Below, piece after piece: positions 1 through 12,074 of a DNA stretch of 64,000 nt. The DNA comes from an uncultured Planctomycetota bacterium (GTDB lineage: Bacteria > Planctomycetota > Planctomycetia > Pirellulales > Lacipirellulaceae). A program made the translations under genes and the position numbers. The notes beneath the pieces are model-generated. The model ran no database searches. It saw nothing but the letters and a program-made list of their open reading frames with translations, and was not told the DNA's origin. Every line of letters begins with the position of its first letter. The first letter of the stretch is position 1. The stretch spans positions 288,001 to 352,000 of the forward strand of contig CAVRBU010000004.1 in the NCBI GenBank assembly GCA_963719315.1. The letters are read 5' to 3'.

Positions 1-129
1 GAACCGCACGACTGGTTCAATGGAGCGAATCTCCTGCAATCGAAGTTGCCGATTCTGCTGCAATCGCGAGTTCGCGAACTGAGACGCGATGTGCGCGCGT
101 CGAAAAAGTCAGCGCCTGCGGACGCAGCA

Positions 130-1273
130 CTATTCGTGTCGTAGCGCCTCGGTCGGCGTTTGCCGCGTCGCTCGATATGCGGGATAGATACTGCCAATCG
201 CTGCCACCAAGCAGGCGACGAAGATTCCCTCCGCGATGGTGACCGGCGCGATGGAACCATCCACGACGGCCCGAAAAGTAGGAATGACCGCCAACAATCG
301 TGTGAGGAGTAACGCCGCCGACGTGCCGATGATTGCCCCCATCACACTCACAGCCAGCGCTTCGAGCATGATCATGCGTACGATCCGCGACTTGCGCCAG
401 CCCACGGCCCGCAGCACGCCTATCTCGCGCGTCCGCTCGAAGACCGACATCATCATCGTGTTCAGCACACCGATGCAGCCAATGACTACCGCGATCAACG
501 ACGTGATCCAAGCCATCGCCCGCCCCATCTTCACGAAGATGAAGTTCGATGCTTGTTCGGCGACGGGAGTGGCCGCGAGGTTCCAGTGCTTGCCATTGGT
601 ATCGTGAAGATCTTCGATCTGACGGCGAGTTTCGGCAGTTTTCGCTTCGCCGTCGTCGTTGAGAATGATTTCAAAGCCCGTGACTTGCCCCTGACGATCC
701 ATGATCTGCTGCAGGTCGGAAATCTTTACGAGCGCGCCGCCGTTTTCGAACGCATTTCCCACCTCGTAAATGCCGACGACTTCGAACGGCTGGCCGTCGA
801 TCACGACGTCATCGCCCACGGCCATGCGCATGTTTTGCGCGAGCAGCTTGCCGAGCATCATCACGTGCTGATCGCTTGCCGTGAATTTGCGGCCGGTCAT
901 GACCTTCACGTGGTCGAACAGCGGGCTGTCGGCGTACCACGCTTCGATAAACACACCGACGAGGTCGGAGTCCTGAAACGTGACAACGTCGAATAGCATC
1001 GGACAAGCGGCCGCGACGTTTGGCAACGCCTTGATTTGGGCGCCCAGCTTTTCCGGTAACGTTGCAATCACTTGCTCCGCCCGGCCACTCTTCAGCACCA
1101 CCAGATCAATGCCCTGCGTCGCATACGCGCTGACTGATGGAACCCACAAAGTCGTTCGAGAGGCCCACCAACGAGACGAACGTGCCGACGGCCAGCGCCA
1201 CGCCGAGCGCCGTGAGAATCGAGCGGACGGGCCGCCGCAATAAGTTTTTCAGCACAAAGGAAGTAAATCGCAT
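130..1273 (-). CDS. ABC transporter permease, MacB/FtsX family (one frameshift near 1140)
   Basis: N-terminus MRFTSFVLKNLLRRPVRSILTALGVALAV (ATG at 1273) lies in one frame. The periplasmic domain and FtsX motif NTMMMSVFERTREIGVLRAVGW...PAYRATRQTPTEALRHE lie in ORF 130..1149. Confidence 0.85.
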
Positions 1274-1436
1274 GGGGAGCGGGTGGTTGCGACTCTCGAT
1301 TTGAAGCCCTGATTGTTGAGTGACGCGCCGCGAGTGGAAGCAGGCGCGCGTTTGAACTTTGCGAGCTTGATCCGATTTGCATTCAGATCGCTGCAAGTGA
1401 AGCTACTGTTATCAAGTTGGCGGCGGGAACCAACGA

Positions 1437-2921
1437 CTACGCGATAATCTCGCGGATCACGTTGCCGTGCTCCATCTCCAGCCGCTTGCGGCCCGGAACT
1501 TCAAGCCGCCGCGAATCGAGACCGAGCTGTTGCAACACGGTAGCGTGGATATCGGTGACGTAATGACGGTTCTGGACGGCGGAGAAGCCGAGCTCATCCG
1601 TCGCGCCGTGCGCGATGCCTCCCTTGATACCGCCGCCGGCCATCCACACGCTGAAGCCAAAAGGATGGTGATCGCGGCCATCCGATTTTTCCGAGCCGGG
1701 CGACCGCCCGAACTCGGTCGCCCACACGACGAGCGTTTCATCCAACAGGCCGCGCTGTTTGAGATCGCGAATCAAACCCGCGATCGGTTTGTCGACTGCC
1801 GCGCAATTGTTGGCGTGATTGACGCGCAGGTTCGTGTGTGCATCCCAGCCACCGGCGTTGCCGTTGCCGCCATAATAAATTTGCACGAATCGCACGCCGC
1901 GCTCCACCAGCCGCCGCCCAGCCAGACAATGCTTCGCAAACGGCGCAGTCGTTTTGTTGTCCAGGCCGTAGAGCGTTTGCGTGTCGGTCGTTTCCTGTTG
2001 GAATTCGAACACCTCGGGCACTGCCCGCTGCATGCGAAACGCCAACTCGTACGATTTAATGCGGGCAAGCGCTTTGGCGTCGTCCGGATATTCGGCGATC
2101 GCCAGGCGATCGAGCCGCTCGAGCATCGCGAACTCGGCCTTCTGCTCCTCGCGGTAGACACCCTGCAGCGGCTGGCCGTATGCCAGCGGGTTCGCCGGAT
2201 CGGCGACGAGCGGCACGCCATCGTGCTCCGGCCCGAGGTAATTGGCGCGGTGCGCATCCTGGCCGCCGCAACAATCGGCAACGGGATTCCCCAGCACCAC
2301 GAATTGCGGCAGGTTTTCGTTGAGCGTCCCCAGCCCGTAATGCACCCACGAGCCGATCGTGGGGAAAACGCCATCCAGCTTGTTGCGGCCGGTATGAAAC
2401 TGAAGCTGTGCGCCATGATCGATGTCGTTGGTCCACATCGAGCGAACGATCGCCAGGTCATCGACGCAATCGCCGACGTGAGGCCACCAGTCGCTGATTT
2501 CGATGCCACTGTCGCCGCGCTTGCGGTAGCCGACCTGCAGCGGAAAAAGCTGCGCCAGGATCTTCCGCTGGTCCGGTATCGCGGTACGGACGTTGGCATC
2601 GAGAAACTTTTTATCGAGCACCGATTTGAACGGCGTGTCGGCGATCGATTTGCCGGCGTACTTATTAAGCGCCGGCTTCGGATCGAAGCTCTCTAGGTGG
2701 CTCACGCCGCCGATCATGAACAACCAGATAACACTCTTCGCCTTCGGCGCAAAATAGGGCAGCCCGGTGGGCGGCGACCAGCCGGCGGCATCGCTGGCGA
2801 AACCGTCGCGATGGAGCATCGCGCCCAGCGCGAGGCCCGTGAAGCCCATACCCAGGTCGGCCAAGAAAGTCCGCCGGGGCACGCGGCCGCAAGCGCTCGA
2901 CTGCAATTTGTACTTCGCCAT
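1437..2921 (-). CDS. DUF1501 domain protein with Tat-like signal
   Basis: PRRTFL twin-Arg signal; [47 protein letters not shown] and GRDHHP motifs. Start trimmed to the ATG at 2921. Confidence 0.9.
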   Translation of the reverse strand: MAKYKLQSSACGRVPRRTFLADLGMGFTGLALGAMLHRDGFASDAAGWSPPTGLPYFAPKAKSVIWLFMIGGVSHLESFDPKPALNKYAGKSIADTPFKSVLDKKFLDANVRTAIPDQRKILAQLFPLQVGYRKRGDSGIEISDWWPHVGDCVDDLAIVRSMWTNDIDHGAQLQFHTGRNKLDGVFPTIGSWVHYGLGTLNENLPQFVVLGNPVADCCGGQDAHRANYLGPEHDGVPLVADPANPLAYGQPLQGVYREEQKAEFAMLERLDRLAIAEYPDDAKALARIKSYELAFRMQRAVPEVFEFQQETTDTQTLYGLDNKTTAPFAKHCLAGRRLVERGVRFVQIYYGGNGNAGGWDAHTNLRVNHANNCAAVDKPIAGLIRDLKQRGLLDETLVVWATEFGRSPGSEKSDGRDHHPFGFSVWMAGGGIKGGIAHGATDELGFSAVQNRHYVTDIHATVLQQLGLDSRRLEVPGRKRLEMEHGNVIREIIA

Positions 2922-2932
2922 GTGGTACGTTC

Positions 2933-5797
2933 CTACCGGATCGTGATGAAATCGTTGTGATTGTACAGCACCAACGTGAGATTCTCGCGAGCACGTTGCA
3001 CCGGGTCGGCCGAAGGCGGTACCGTGGCTTTCGCTCCGCCGGCGAACGAGGTCAGTTTGCCCGGATCTCGCAATAGCTCGGCCTGCGACTTCAGAAACTG
3101 CAGGCACTCGCTTAACTCCGCCTCTGATGGATCGCGACCCAGAATCTGCTCGTAGGCCATTCGCACGAACGATTCGTGCGGCCGCGTGTTATTACTCGCG
3201 ACCTCGCTGAGCTTCTTTGCCAACAAGCGCGATTCGTTGACCGACACGTCGCTGTTGGCGAGCGCCAGCGCTTGTTGAGGGACGATGCTCTCGCTGCGCC
3301 GATAGCACTCGTTGACGCTCGCGCTATCGAACAATTCCAGGAGTTGGTTTTCTTTCTCGTACGCATGCTGGAAGTAAATGCTGCGGCGCGGCGTTTCGGA
3401 CGCCAATTTGAATGCGATATCGGGGCCACCGCGCGTGAGGTCCAGATTGCCGGCCGTGAAGAACACGGCGTCGCGCACGAGCTCAGATTCCATCCGCCGC
3501 GTGTTCATCCGCCACAAATAGTGGTTGTCGCGATCGACCTCGAGGTTCTTAGCGTTCGCACTTTCGGAATTAGACGACAACCGGTACGCGCTGGAAGTAA
3601 CGATCAGCCGGTGGATGTGCTTCATTTGCCAGCCGTGGTCCATAAGTTCGACCGCCAGCCAATCGAGCAACGGCTGATTGCGCGGTTGCGGGCTGCGCAA
3701 GCCAAAGTCGAACATGTTGTCCACCAGCGGCGCGCCGAAGTGCCGCAGCCAGATGTGGTTGATAGCCACGCGCGCTGCCAACGGATTCTTGCGATCCGTT
3801 AGCCATTTGGCGAACGCCAGCCGGCGACCCGTGCTTTGATGCGGCAACACCTCGCCCAGCGGCTGATACTTTGCGCTCGGCTCGGCCAGCGCGGCATGCG
3901 CGGCGGTGAGGGCTGCAGCAGCGTCGGCAACTTTCTTCTCTGCGGCTGCAATGGTAGCGGCTTGCGCCGCATCTCTGGGTTGTTTCACCGCTTGGGCCGT
4001 TGCTAACTCCTGCCGTGCAGCCGTTTGCCGCACCTGCGCCTCACATAGCGCAAAATCGCGTTCAGCCTTTCCCGCGGCGGACGCGAGCAGTTCTTTGTCG
4101 GCGTCAGTCGTCAAACCGTATTTGGCCTTTTCCGCAGCGATGCGCGCCGATAACGATTCCTGTGCGGCCCGTGCAGCGGCGAGTTGCCGAGTCGCGAGCT
4201 CCGCAGCGGCGACGGCCGCATTCAACGACAGAGGCAAATCCGGTTTCGCGGCAACCTTGACTTGCGACGCAGTCTTTTCCTTGGCTTTTTTCAATTTGGC
4301 CGGTGCAGCTTCAACGGGATTCGCCGGTGCTGCGTTTACCCCAGTTGTACCATCGCCCTCCGTTTTCGCTTGCGCGACAACAGGCCCGGCCGAGGCAGAT
4401 ACTTCTGGCTTCTTTTGTGCCGCAGCCACCGCAACCTGTGCCTTGGCAAGCGCGCCCTCCGCGCTCGCCACTCGGTCGGCAGCTTGAGCCAGGTCTTCAT
4501 TCAACGCGAACTCCTGTAGCGCTGGATAATACGCGACCACAGGCAGATTGATCGGCGCCACATTCAACGGCAAACCGAACGACTCCGGCACGCCCGGAGT
4601 TATCACCTCGTCCTTTTTTGGACGCTTTTCGTCGCCGCGCTCGTAAAGATGCGTCGGCGCGTCTGGCTTCAAATCACAAATTCGCTGCAAACCGTCTTTG
4701 TCAATGTCGGGTTGGCCCGGCACGCGCTCAGTTCGCACATCGTGCGATTCGAAGATGGCTCGAAATCGGTAATACTCGACCTGGCTAATCGGATCGAATT
4801 TGTGATCGTGGCAGCGACAACAATTCATCGTCGCTCCCAGAAATGCCTTGGCCGTGTGCTCGACAGTATTCTGCAGCCACACGTCGCGACTGAATTTGTA
4901 CCAGTTGCGAACGAGAAAGCCCGTCGCGCGGAGCGTATCCGGATCCGTCGGCGCAGCTTCATCGCCCGCCAACATCTCGATCGCCATCCGATCGTAACCC
5001 TTGTCGGCATTCAGCGACTCGACGATCCAATCGCGCCACCGCCAGATATACCGAGCGCTGTCGCGAATTTCCTCTTTGTAGCCCGACCAGTCGCTGTAAC
5101 GCCATACGTCCATCCAGTGGCGCGCCCAACGCTCGCCGTATTGTGGACTGGCGAGTAAGCGATCGACGACCGACTCGTAGGCGCCGGGCGAGTCGTTCGC
5201 CAAAAACGCGGCCAGTTCTTCGCGCGTCGGCGGCAATCCGACTAAATCCAGGTACACGCGCCGCAGCAGCGTGGCTTTGTCGGCCTCTGCCACCGGCGTC
5301 AATTCGCGCGATTCCTGAGCTTCGGCAACGAACGCATCGATCGGGTTGCGAACCCAAGCGACTTTGCGAACGAGCGGCACCTCGGGTTGCACTGGTGGAT
5401 GATACGACCAGTGATCGCGCGGATCGGGCTGGGGCGTTTCCGTCGGCGCGTGGGCGCCCTCGTCGATCCACTTCTTGATCAGGGTGATTTGATCGGCAGT
5501 GAGCGCGGCTCCTTCGTTTTCCGGCGGCATCCGCGAACCCGACGCGCCCGTGAGCATATCGATGAGATAGCTCTCGCCCGATTTGCCAGGTTGCACCGCC
5601 GGTCCCGAATCGCCTCCTTGGACGAGCGCCGCCGCCGTATCCAGCCGCAGGCCCGATTTCTTACGCAACGCGCTATGACAGGCATAGCACCGCGCCACAA
5701 GTATCGGTTTGATCTGCTTGACGTAATCAACGTCCTCGCCGGCCGAGAGCCGCGGCACGAGCGCACCACACGCAATGAGGACGAGGAGCCGTCTCAC
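2933..5797 (-). CDS. Planctomycete cytochrome c / DUF1549 / DUF1553 (PSCyt1-PSCyt2-PSD1) protein
   Basis: CYACH heme motif, [58 protein letters not shown]. Typical partner of DUF1501. Start placed at GTG 5797, because the longer ORF runs into the att site. Confidence 0.9.
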   Translation of the reverse strand: MRRLLVLIACGALVPRLSAGEDVDYVKQIKPILVARCYACHSALRKKSGLRLDTAAALVQGGDSGPAVQPGKSGESYLIDMLTGASGSRMPPENEGAALTADQITLIKKWIDEGAHAPTETPQPDPRDHWSYHPPVQPEVPLVRKVAWVRNPIDAFVAEAQESRELTPVAEADKATLLRRVYLDLVGLPPTREELAAFLANDSPGAYESVVDRLLASPQYGERWARHWMDVWRYSDWSGYKEEIRDSARYIWRWRDWIVESLNADKGYDRMAIEMLAGDEAAPTDPDTLRATGFLVRNWYKFSRDVWLQNTVEHTAKAFLGATMNCCRCHDHKFDPISQVEYYRFRAIFESHDVRTERVPGQPDIDKDGLQRICDLKPDAPTHLYERGDEKRPKKDEVITPGVPESFGLPLNVAPINLPVVAYYPALQEFALNEDLAQAADRVASAEGALAKAQVAVAAAQKKPEVSASAGPVVAQAKTEGDGTTGVNAAPANPVEAAPAKLKKAKEKTASQVKVAAKPDLPLSLNAAVAAAELATRQLAAARAAQESLSARIAAEKAKYGLTTDADKELLASAAGKAERDFALCEAQVRQTAARQELATAQAVKQPRDAAQAATIAAAEKKVADAAAALTAAHAALAEPSAKYQPLGEVLPHQSTGRRLAFAKWLTDRKNPLAARVAINHIWLRHFGAPLVDNMFDFGLRSPQPRNQPLLDWLAVELMDHGWQMKHIHRLIVTSSAYRLSSNSESANAKNLEVDRDNHYLWRMNTRRMESELVRDAVFFTAGNLDLTRGGPDIAFKLASETPRRSIYFQHAYEKENQLLELFDSASVNECYRRSESIVPQQALALANSDVSVNESRLLAKKLSEVASNNTRPHESFVRMAYEQILGRDPSEAELSECLQFLKSQAELLRDPGKLTSFAGGAKATVPPSADPVQRARENLTLVLYNHNDFITIR

Positions 5798-5839
5798 GCT
5801 ATGCCTGGAGGTGGGGGTTCGGGAGGGAAGGATAGCTAA

Positions 5840-5885
5840 AATGGAGCCGAAGGGACTCGAACCCTCGACATCTGGTTTGCGAAGC
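5840..5885 (-). repeat. Degenerate copy of tRNA-Ala 3' half (distal att site of island A)
   Basis: AATGGAGCCGAAGGGACTCGAACCCTCGACATCT at 5840-5873 is identical to 40078-40111, then diverges by transitions through the anticodon arm. Confidence 0.9.
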
Positions 5886-6075
5886 CGAACAAAAAACCAC
5901 GGAATAGAAGGACTTTCAGTGTTTTCCCCGATGGTCAATGCATTGTAGGCCGTGCTCATAGGCGTTGCAATTCGTCACACTGAATTGCACTGAATTGCGG
6001 AAGTTGCTTCGATTGCCCGATCATAAGATGGAAGATTCCGTTTTGGCGCATCAACAATCTACCCGCCGCGAATCG

Positions 6076-7371
6076 CTAGAATTCCCGCTGCGGAGCGGCG
6101 GGTTGTTGCGATTCGGTGTCTTCGTCGCTCAAAACGATTCGTTTACCCCGTTTGTGCGTGAGCAGGTTCCAGAACCAATCCACAAACACGGCGCTCTTCT
6201 CTTCGGCGCCACTGAGCAAGGTCAAATGCACGCCCAGCCAGGCCAGCCAAGCCGTACGGCCGGTTAGCGTGCCACCGTTGGGCAATTCGACCACGGCGGC
6301 GCCGCGGCCAAGTTGTGCCATGGTTCCCTTATCGAAATATTCGAATGGCATGCACGTTTTGCCGGCCACCAGTTGGGCAATCGTTTTTCCAACGTGATGA
6401 CCGGCTTGAAGCGCAACGGCGCCGAGACCCGGCAGCGGCTTTCCCGTTTTGGCGTCTGACATAGCAGCGATGTCGCCGATCGCGAAGACGCCGGGATGGT
6501 CTTTCACTTGCAGATCGGGTCCGATCGGTACGCGGCTGCCCGGCGCGAGCTCGATGCCTAACGACTCGGCAACGGGATTGGCGTGCAAGCCGGCCGCCCA
6601 CACGACCGTTTGAGTTTTTACTCGGTCGCCGCTGGCCAACGTGATGTCGCTGGGTCCGACTTCTTTAACGTCAGCACTCGTGTGCACTTCGACGCCGCGC
6701 TCTTCGAGCGCTTGCTGCGCGTAATCGCGCAGTTTCGGCGCGAACGGCGCCAGTAGATGCGGTGAGTGTTCGTAGAGAATGATTCGCGCCTTGTCGATCG
6801 GAAGGTTCGGATAGTCTTTCGCTAGTTCAGCGTGCAGCAGCTCGGACATTGCGCCGGCAAGCTCCGTGCCGGTCGGGCCGCCGCCTACGATGCAGAATGT
6901 GAGTGCTCCGTCGTCCACAATCGCTGGATTCTTATCGACGGCATCAAACATTCTGGGGATGTGATCGTGCAGCCGAATCGCGTCGCTCATCGTGTAGAGG
7001 GGGAACGAATGCTCGGCGGCCCCCGGTGTGTCGTGAAAATTAACGACCGCTCCCAGCGCCAGCACAAGATAGTCGTATGCCAACGGCGCCATGCCGTCGG
7101 CTATGACTTGCTTGTTCGCCAAATCGATACGGCGGACCGCGCACACGTGAAACGCCATATTCTTGTGGCGGTGCAAGAGTTCGCGAATCGGGTAGCCGAC
7201 CTCCGCCGGCGCGAGCTCGTCGGTGGCTACTTGATAGAGCAGCGGCTGAAACGTGTGGTAGTCGTGCTGGTCGATGATCGTGATGCGCACCGGCGCGTCG
7301 CGCAATTTCTGTGCCGCTCCGATACCGCCGAAGCCGGCTCCCAAAATCACAACATGCGGCAGATCGGCCAC
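6076..7371 (-). CDS. ndh: Type II NADH dehydrogenase family FAD-dependent oxidoreductase
   Basis: VVILGAGFGG, HTFQPLLYQVAT, IVGGGPTGTELAG, VFAIGD, YFDKGTMAQLGR, AWLAWLGVHL. Confidence 0.85.
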   Translation of the reverse strand: MADLPHVVILGAGFGGIGAAQKLRDAPVRITIIDQHDYHTFQPLLYQVATDELAPAEVGYPIRELLHRHKNMAFHVCAVRRIDLANKQVIADGMAPLAYDYLVLALGAVVNFHDTPGAAEHSFPLYTMSDAIRLHDHIPRMFDAVDKNPAIVDDGALTFCIVGGGPTGTELAGAMSELLHAELAKDYPNLPIDKARIILYEHSPHLLAPFAPKLRDYAQQALEERGVEVHTSADVKEVGPSDITLASGDRVKTQTVVWAAGLHANPVAESLGIELAPGSRVPIGPDLQVKDHPGVFAIGDIAAMSDAKTGKPLPGLGAVALQAGHHVGKTIAQLVAGKTCMPFEYFDKGTMAQLGRGAAVVELPNGGTLTGRTAWLAWLGVHLTLLSGAEEKSAVFVDWFWNLLTHKRGKRIVLSDEDTESQQPAAPQREF

Positions 7372-7404
7372 GACGGTCTCCTCGATCGCTTTGAAAAAAG
7401 GTTG

Positions 7405-8172
7405 TTAGAGCCCGGGGCTGCTTTGCATGATGCCGCCGTCGGCGAAGATGGTGGTTGCCGTGATGTAGCTGGCGCCGTCGCCCGCCAGGAAGGCCACGAC
7501 GCTGGCAATCTCCTCTGGTTTGGCCATCCGACCTAGCGGAATCGCGGCATCGAGTTTTTTCAACAGTGCCGGGTCGTTCATCGTCGCAAGGTTAATGGGC
7601 GTCGCCACCGCGCCCGGGCCGACGCCGACGACGCAGATGTTGTGTGGCGCGAGCTCGACGCCCGCGGTGCGGGTGAGCATCCGAATTCCGCCCTTCGACA
7701 GGCAATATGGAGTGTTGTTCGGCATGGGCCAATCTTCGTGGACCGACGTGATATTGATGATTCGGCCGCCACCGCCTTGGGCGATCATTTGTTTGGCGGC
7801 GAGTTGCGTGCCAAAAAACGCGCTCTTGAGATTGATTTCGAGCACCTTTTCGTACTGGGCCTCGGTCGTTTCGAGCACCGAGGTACGCGTTTCGATGCCG
7901 GCGTTGTTGACCATGATGTCGACCCGGCCGAATCGCTTTACGGCGGTCGCCACGAGCTTTTCCAGGTCGGCCACTTTACTTACATCGGCATCGATGCCGA
8001 TTGCTTTGTCGCCGAGCGCCGCTACCTGTTTCTCCAGAGCCTCAGTGGCGTCCGGATGCGAGACGTAGTCGATGACGATGTTCGCGCCCTGCCGGGCCAG
8101 TTCCAACACAATCGCCATTCCGATGCCGCTGTTGCCGCCGGTGACGATAGCGACTTTGCCGTTCAAGCTCAT
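7405..8172 (-). CDS. SDR oxidoreductase, glucose 1-dehydrogenase-like
   Basis: TGGNSGIG, VNNAG, SVHE, YCLSK, IPLGR. Start at MSLNGK (8172). Confidence 0.85.
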   Translation of the reverse strand: MSLNGKVAIVTGGNSGIGMAIVLELARQGANIVIDYVSHPDATEALEKQVAALGDKAIGIDADVSKVADLEKLVATAVKRFGRVDIMVNNAGIETRTSVLETTEAQYEKVLEINLKSAFFGTQLAAKQMIAQGGGGRIINITSVHEDWPMPNNTPYCLSKGGIRMLTRTAGVELAPHNICVVGVGPGAVATPINLATMNDPALLKKLDAAIPLGRMAKPEEIASVVAFLAGDGASYITATTIFADGGIMQSSPGL

Positions 8173-8318
8173 GGAAATACTCCTCAGAGATCGCCTAGGT
8201 AATTGAACCGCCAAGAACGCGGAGAACGCCAAGATGATACACTGCCGTGTCCAGCATTACTTGGCGCGCTAAGTTCTTGGCGGTTCAAGTTCTATTGTAT
8301 CGAATTCGCATGGAATGA

Positions 8319-9866
8319 TCACAATCGTTCCAGTAAATGGTCGCCGACACGAAGCGCGTTGGCCATCGCCGTGAGGGCCGGATTCACTGCGCCGATGCTG
8401 GGGAAAAAGCTGGTATCGACTATGTACAAGTTGTCGAGTTCGTGAGCCTTGCAGTTTTCATCGAGAACGGAGGTTTTCGGATCGCGGCCGAAACGACAGG
8501 TGCCGGCCTGATGGGCCACGCCGCCGATGTCGATCTCGTTCTTCATGTACAGATTTCGCGGAATCAAGTGGTCGTGCAGATCGAGGTGGTTGAGCATAGA
8601 CTTTAGTTTGTCGTACAGCGTTTTCGCGGAGACTTGATTGCTCCGGGTGTAACTCAAGGTGATGTTGCCCTCGCCGTCGACCGTAATGCGGTTATTGGGA
8701 CGTGGCAGATCCTCGGTCGAGAGCCAGAAATCGACGGCGTGTCGGGCGACCATTTCGAGCGACCACTGTGGGGCGAGCGCCGTTTCGATGGGTTTTTCGC
8801 CGCGGAACATCGGCGCCTGCGACTTGCCGATCATCTGGATGTTGCCCATCGGGTAGTCGTAGCCTTCCATGCCGAAATAAAAATCATTGAGCCCGAGCGT
8901 CTTCTGGTATTGCGTGGGATTCGGCTCTTTCGATAACGCGAGCACGGCCTGGCTGTTGTGAAACATGTAGTTGCGGCCGACTTGATCGGAGCCATTGGCC
9001 ACGCCGCGCGGATGTTTTTCGCTGGCCGACATGAGCAACAGTTTGGCGGAGTTCGCGGCTCCGCAGGATACCACGACAACTCCCGCCGTGTACGTCTCCT
9101 GCTGGCCGTCGTGTTCGACGACGACTTTTGTGACTGCCGTGCCAGCCAGGTTTGTTTCCAGTTTCAGCGCCTTGGCATTTGTAAGCAGCGTCACGTTCGG
9201 ATGCTCGATTGCTGGCCGCACGGCGAGCACCTCGGCATCGCTTTTGGCATGCACCAGGCAGGGATGTCCGTCGCAATCGATGCAGCGAACGCAGCGGCTG
9301 AACGGCATCCGCGATTCGTCCAGCATGATGCCGCACGGCGAATGAAATGGTCGGTAGCCGGCGCGGGTGAGGTCTTCCGCCAGTTTGGCGATGCGCGGTT
9401 CGTGCGAAACGGGCGGGTGAGGGTACGGCGCGCTTGCCGGCGGCTCGGTTGGATCTTCGCCACGTGCGCCGTGTACGTGATACATCTGCTCTGCTTTGGT
9501 GTAGTACGGCTCCATCTCGCTGTAGCTGATGGGCCAAGCGGGTGATAGGCCGTCTTGGTGATGCAATTCGCCAAAGTCCTTTTCGCGAAGTCGGTAGAGC
9601 GCGGCGCCGTACATTTTCGTTGCGCCGCCCACGTAATAATGCACGCCGGGCTGGAACGGCTTGCCGTTCTTATCGTGCCAGATGTCGGGCGACACGTAGC
9701 GATTCTGGACGAATACTTCGTCGCAATTCCAATTCTCCGGCTCGCGCTTAAGCCAGCCGCCGCGCTCCAGGATCAAGACTCGTTTACCTGAGGGCGCGAG
9801 GTGGCAAGCCAACGTGCCGCCGCCGGCGCCGCTGCCGATGATGATTACATCGTAAGCATTGTCCAC
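8319..9866 (-). CDS. GMC family oxidoreductase
   Basis: YDVIIIGSGAGGG, VGGATKMYGA, CVRCIDCDGHPC, HQAGTCRFG, NPALTAMANALRVG. Confidence 0.9.
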   Translation of the reverse strand: MDNAYDVIIIGSGAGGGTLACHLAPSGKRVLILERGGWLKREPENWNCDEVFVQNRYVSPDIWHDKNGKPFQPGVHYYVGGATKMYGAALYRLREKDFGELHHQDGLSPAWPISYSEMEPYYTKAEQMYHVHGARGEDPTEPPASAPYPHPPVSHEPRIAKLAEDLTRAGYRPFHSPCGIMLDESRMPFSRCVRCIDCDGHPCLVHAKSDAEVLAVRPAIEHPNVTLLTNAKALKLETNLAGTAVTKVVVEHDGQQETYTAGVVVVSCGAANSAKLLLMSASEKHPRGVANGSDQVGRNYMFHNSQAVLALSKEPNPTQYQKTLGLNDFYFGMEGYDYPMGNIQMIGKSQAPMFRGEKPIETALAPQWSLEMVARHAVDFWLSTEDLPRPNNRITVDGEGNITLSYTRSNQVSAKTLYDKLKSMLNHLDLHDHLIPRNLYMKNEIDIGGVAHQAGTCRFGRDPKTSVLDENCKAHELDNLYIVDTSFFPSIGAVNPALTAMANALRVGDHLLERL

Positions 9867-9887
9867 GGTATCGCTCCTCTTCGCGGA

Positions 9888-11960
9888 CTAATCCGGGCAA
9901 CTAACCAACACAACCGATGATCGCGCCTGACAAGTGTATTGCCGCTGACCACCGGCCAGCAGCGCCGGCGGATCGCAAAAATCTTCGGGGGACTCGACGG
10001 CTGTGTCGATCAGCCGCCGCCAGGCTTGCCCCGTCACCGTCGCTGGCAGCTCAAACTCCAATGGTTCCCAGTAAGCATTGAGCAGCACGTGCAGATACTC
10101 CGGGCCGTCTGCATGGAACAACTCAAAGGCCAGCGAATGAGAGTTTTCGCCCCACTCTGGCTCGTTGAGCCGTACGCCATGCCATGTGATTTTAGTGGCT
10201 CCCGGCTGGCTCCAAAATGTGCGATCGCGAAAAACGCCCGATTTTTGGTGAAAATGAATCAGCGAGCGGACGAAATGTCGGATGTCTGCGTGCCGAGATA
10301 CATCATCCCAATCGAACCAGGAGATTTCGTTATTTTGGCAATAGGCGTTGTTGTTGCCGCGCTGCGTGCGTCGCACCTCGTCGCCCATGAGCAGCATTGG
10401 CCGTCCTTCGGACATCAGCAGAATCGTAAAGAAGTTTTTTATTTGCTGGCGACGCAGGGCTTCGATCGCGGGGTCGTCCGTCGGTCCTTCGAAGCCGCAG
10501 TTCCAACTGTCGTTGTCGTTCGTACCGTCGCGGTTGCTTTCGCCGTTGGCCTCGTTGTGCTTGTTGTTGTAGGCGACCAGATCGTTGAGCGTGAATCCGT
10601 CGTGGGCGGTAATGAAATTGACACTGCGGCTCGGGAGGCGGCCAGGCTGCTGAAACAAGTTCGCACTGGCTACCAGATTATCGCCGAGTGGGCCGACGGA
10701 GCCCGTGTTGCTCCGCACAAACTGCCGCACATGGTCTCGATATTGGCCATTCCACACGGCCCAGCGATCGCCGCCAAAATTCGCGAGTTGGTACAGCCCG
10801 GCCGCGTCCCAGGCTTCGGCGATGATCTTCGTCCCAGCCAGCACGGGATCGGTTTCGATGTCGAGTAAAATCGGCGGGTGAGCGAGCGGCTGACCGTCCT
10901 CGCCGCGCGATAGGCTCGCCGCCAGGTCGAAGCGGAAACCATCGACGTGCATTTGCTCGACCCAATAGCGCAGGCAATCGAGGATCATTCGCCGCACGAA
11001 CGGCTCGTTGCCATTGATCGTATTGCCGCAACCAGTGTCGTCGATATACTTCGCCTTGTCCGTCGGATTGAGAATATAATACGTCGGATTGTCGAATCCG
11101 CGGAGCGATAAGGTGGGCCCGGTCTCGTCGCCTTCGGCCGTGTGGTTAAATACCACATCGAGAATCACTTCGATGCCTGCCCGGTGAAGCGCCTTTACCA
11201 TATCGCGAAATTCGTGTACCAGGCCCAGTATGTCGGTGCGAGAACTGTACGCACGATGCGGCGCGAACCAGGCCACCGGCTGGTAGCCCCAGTAGTTCGT
11301 GCCGGTGGGCGAGGCCTGAGCATCGAACTGCTGCACCGGCATAAGCTCCACGGTCTTTATGCCGAGATCGACGAGGTACGGAATCTTGTCGATGAGTCCG
11401 GCGTAGGTTCCGCGTTTGGCAGGATCGACGCCCGAATTGGGATTCCTCGTGAATCCGGCGACGTGCAATTCGTAGATGACCGCGTCGAAGAACGGCCGAA
11501 CGATCGTTGTGTCGCCTTCCCAATCGTATTGCGACGGATCGACGACCACACTTTTCAAGGCAGCGGCCATGTTGTCGCCAGGCGCCGATGCTTTCGACCG
11601 CTGATAATTCTCGGTATTCGCGACAGCCAGCGCGTGTGGATCCAGGAGCAGCTTCTGCGGATCGAATCGCAGTTCGGCTGCGGGTTGGTTCGGTCCAGAA
11701 ACGCGATAGCCGTACAACTGGCCCGCCTCTACACCGGGGAGCAAAACGTGCCAGAAGTCATAAGTGCGGTTCTGCTGCGGATCAAGGGTAATGGTTTGCG
11801 AAGGTCGCGCATCGGCTGCTGAATCGAACAGCAACAGCTCGACCGCGGCAGCGTGCTTTGCGTACACGCAGAAGTTCGTGCCGCCATCGCACACGGTTGC
11901 GCCGATCGGATACGAACGGCCGGCGGCGGTGTTAAGCCTGAGGTTGGGATTGGCGATCAT
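9888..11960 (-). CDS. glgX: Glycogen debranching enzyme (GH13 isoamylase)
   Basis: IYELHV, NYWGYQP, ILDVVFNHTAEG, DGFRFDLA, IAEAWD, FITAHDGFTLNDL, GNNNAYCQ. Confidence 0.93.
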   Translation of the reverse strand: MIANPNLRLNTAAGRSYPIGATVCDGGTNFCVYAKHAAAVELLLFDSAADARPSQTITLDPQQNRTYDFWHVLLPGVEAGQLYGYRVSGPNQPAAELRFDPQKLLLDPHALAVANTENYQRSKASAPGDNMAAALKSVVVDPSQYDWEGDTTIVRPFFDAVIYELHVAGFTRNPNSGVDPAKRGTYAGLIDKIPYLVDLGIKTVELMPVQQFDAQASPTGTNYWGYQPVAWFAPHRAYSSRTDILGLVHEFRDMVKALHRAGIEVILDVVFNHTAEGDETGPTLSLRGFDNPTYYILNPTDKAKYIDDTGCGNTINGNEPFVRRMILDCLRYWVEQMHVDGFRFDLAASLSRGEDGQPLAHPPILLDIETDPVLAGTKIIAEAWDAAGLYQLANFGGDRWAVWNGQYRDHVRQFVRSNTGSVGPLGDNLVASANLFQQPGRLPSRSVNFITAHDGFTLNDLVAYNNKHNEANGESNRDGTNDNDSWNCGFEGPTDDPAIEALRRQQIKNFFTILLMSEGRPMLLMGDEVRRTQRGNNNAYCQNNEISWFDWDDVSRHADIRHFVRSLIHFHQKSGVFRDRTFWSQPGATKITWHGVRLNEPEWGENSHSLAFELFHADGPEYLHVLLNAYWEPLEFELPATVTGQAWRRLIDTAVESPEDFCDPPALLAGGQRQYTCQARSSVVLVSCPD

Positions 11961-12074
11961 GATGTGAATTCATCCTGCCTTTTGCGCTCGTCGCGGACAT
12001 TTTATGCGAAATGCGACGTGCGCGCTGAAGTTTTTTCCATTTGACACGTGCTGGGTGGCAACGACGATTTCAAG

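Noticed and set aside
1467..2696. Long antisense and alternate-frame ORFs (also 13394..14941, 16939..18186, 44403..45482, 57781..58716)
   Set aside because: Shadows of well-supported genes, expected in high-GC DNA.
5798..5959. N-terminal extension of the 1008-aa ORF
   Set aside because: It runs through the tRNA-derived att site; the signal peptide begins near 5797.
12041..12046. TTGACA as the -35 box of the cox promoter
   Set aside because: It lies 31 bp from TATACT, far beyond the 16-18 bp spacing.
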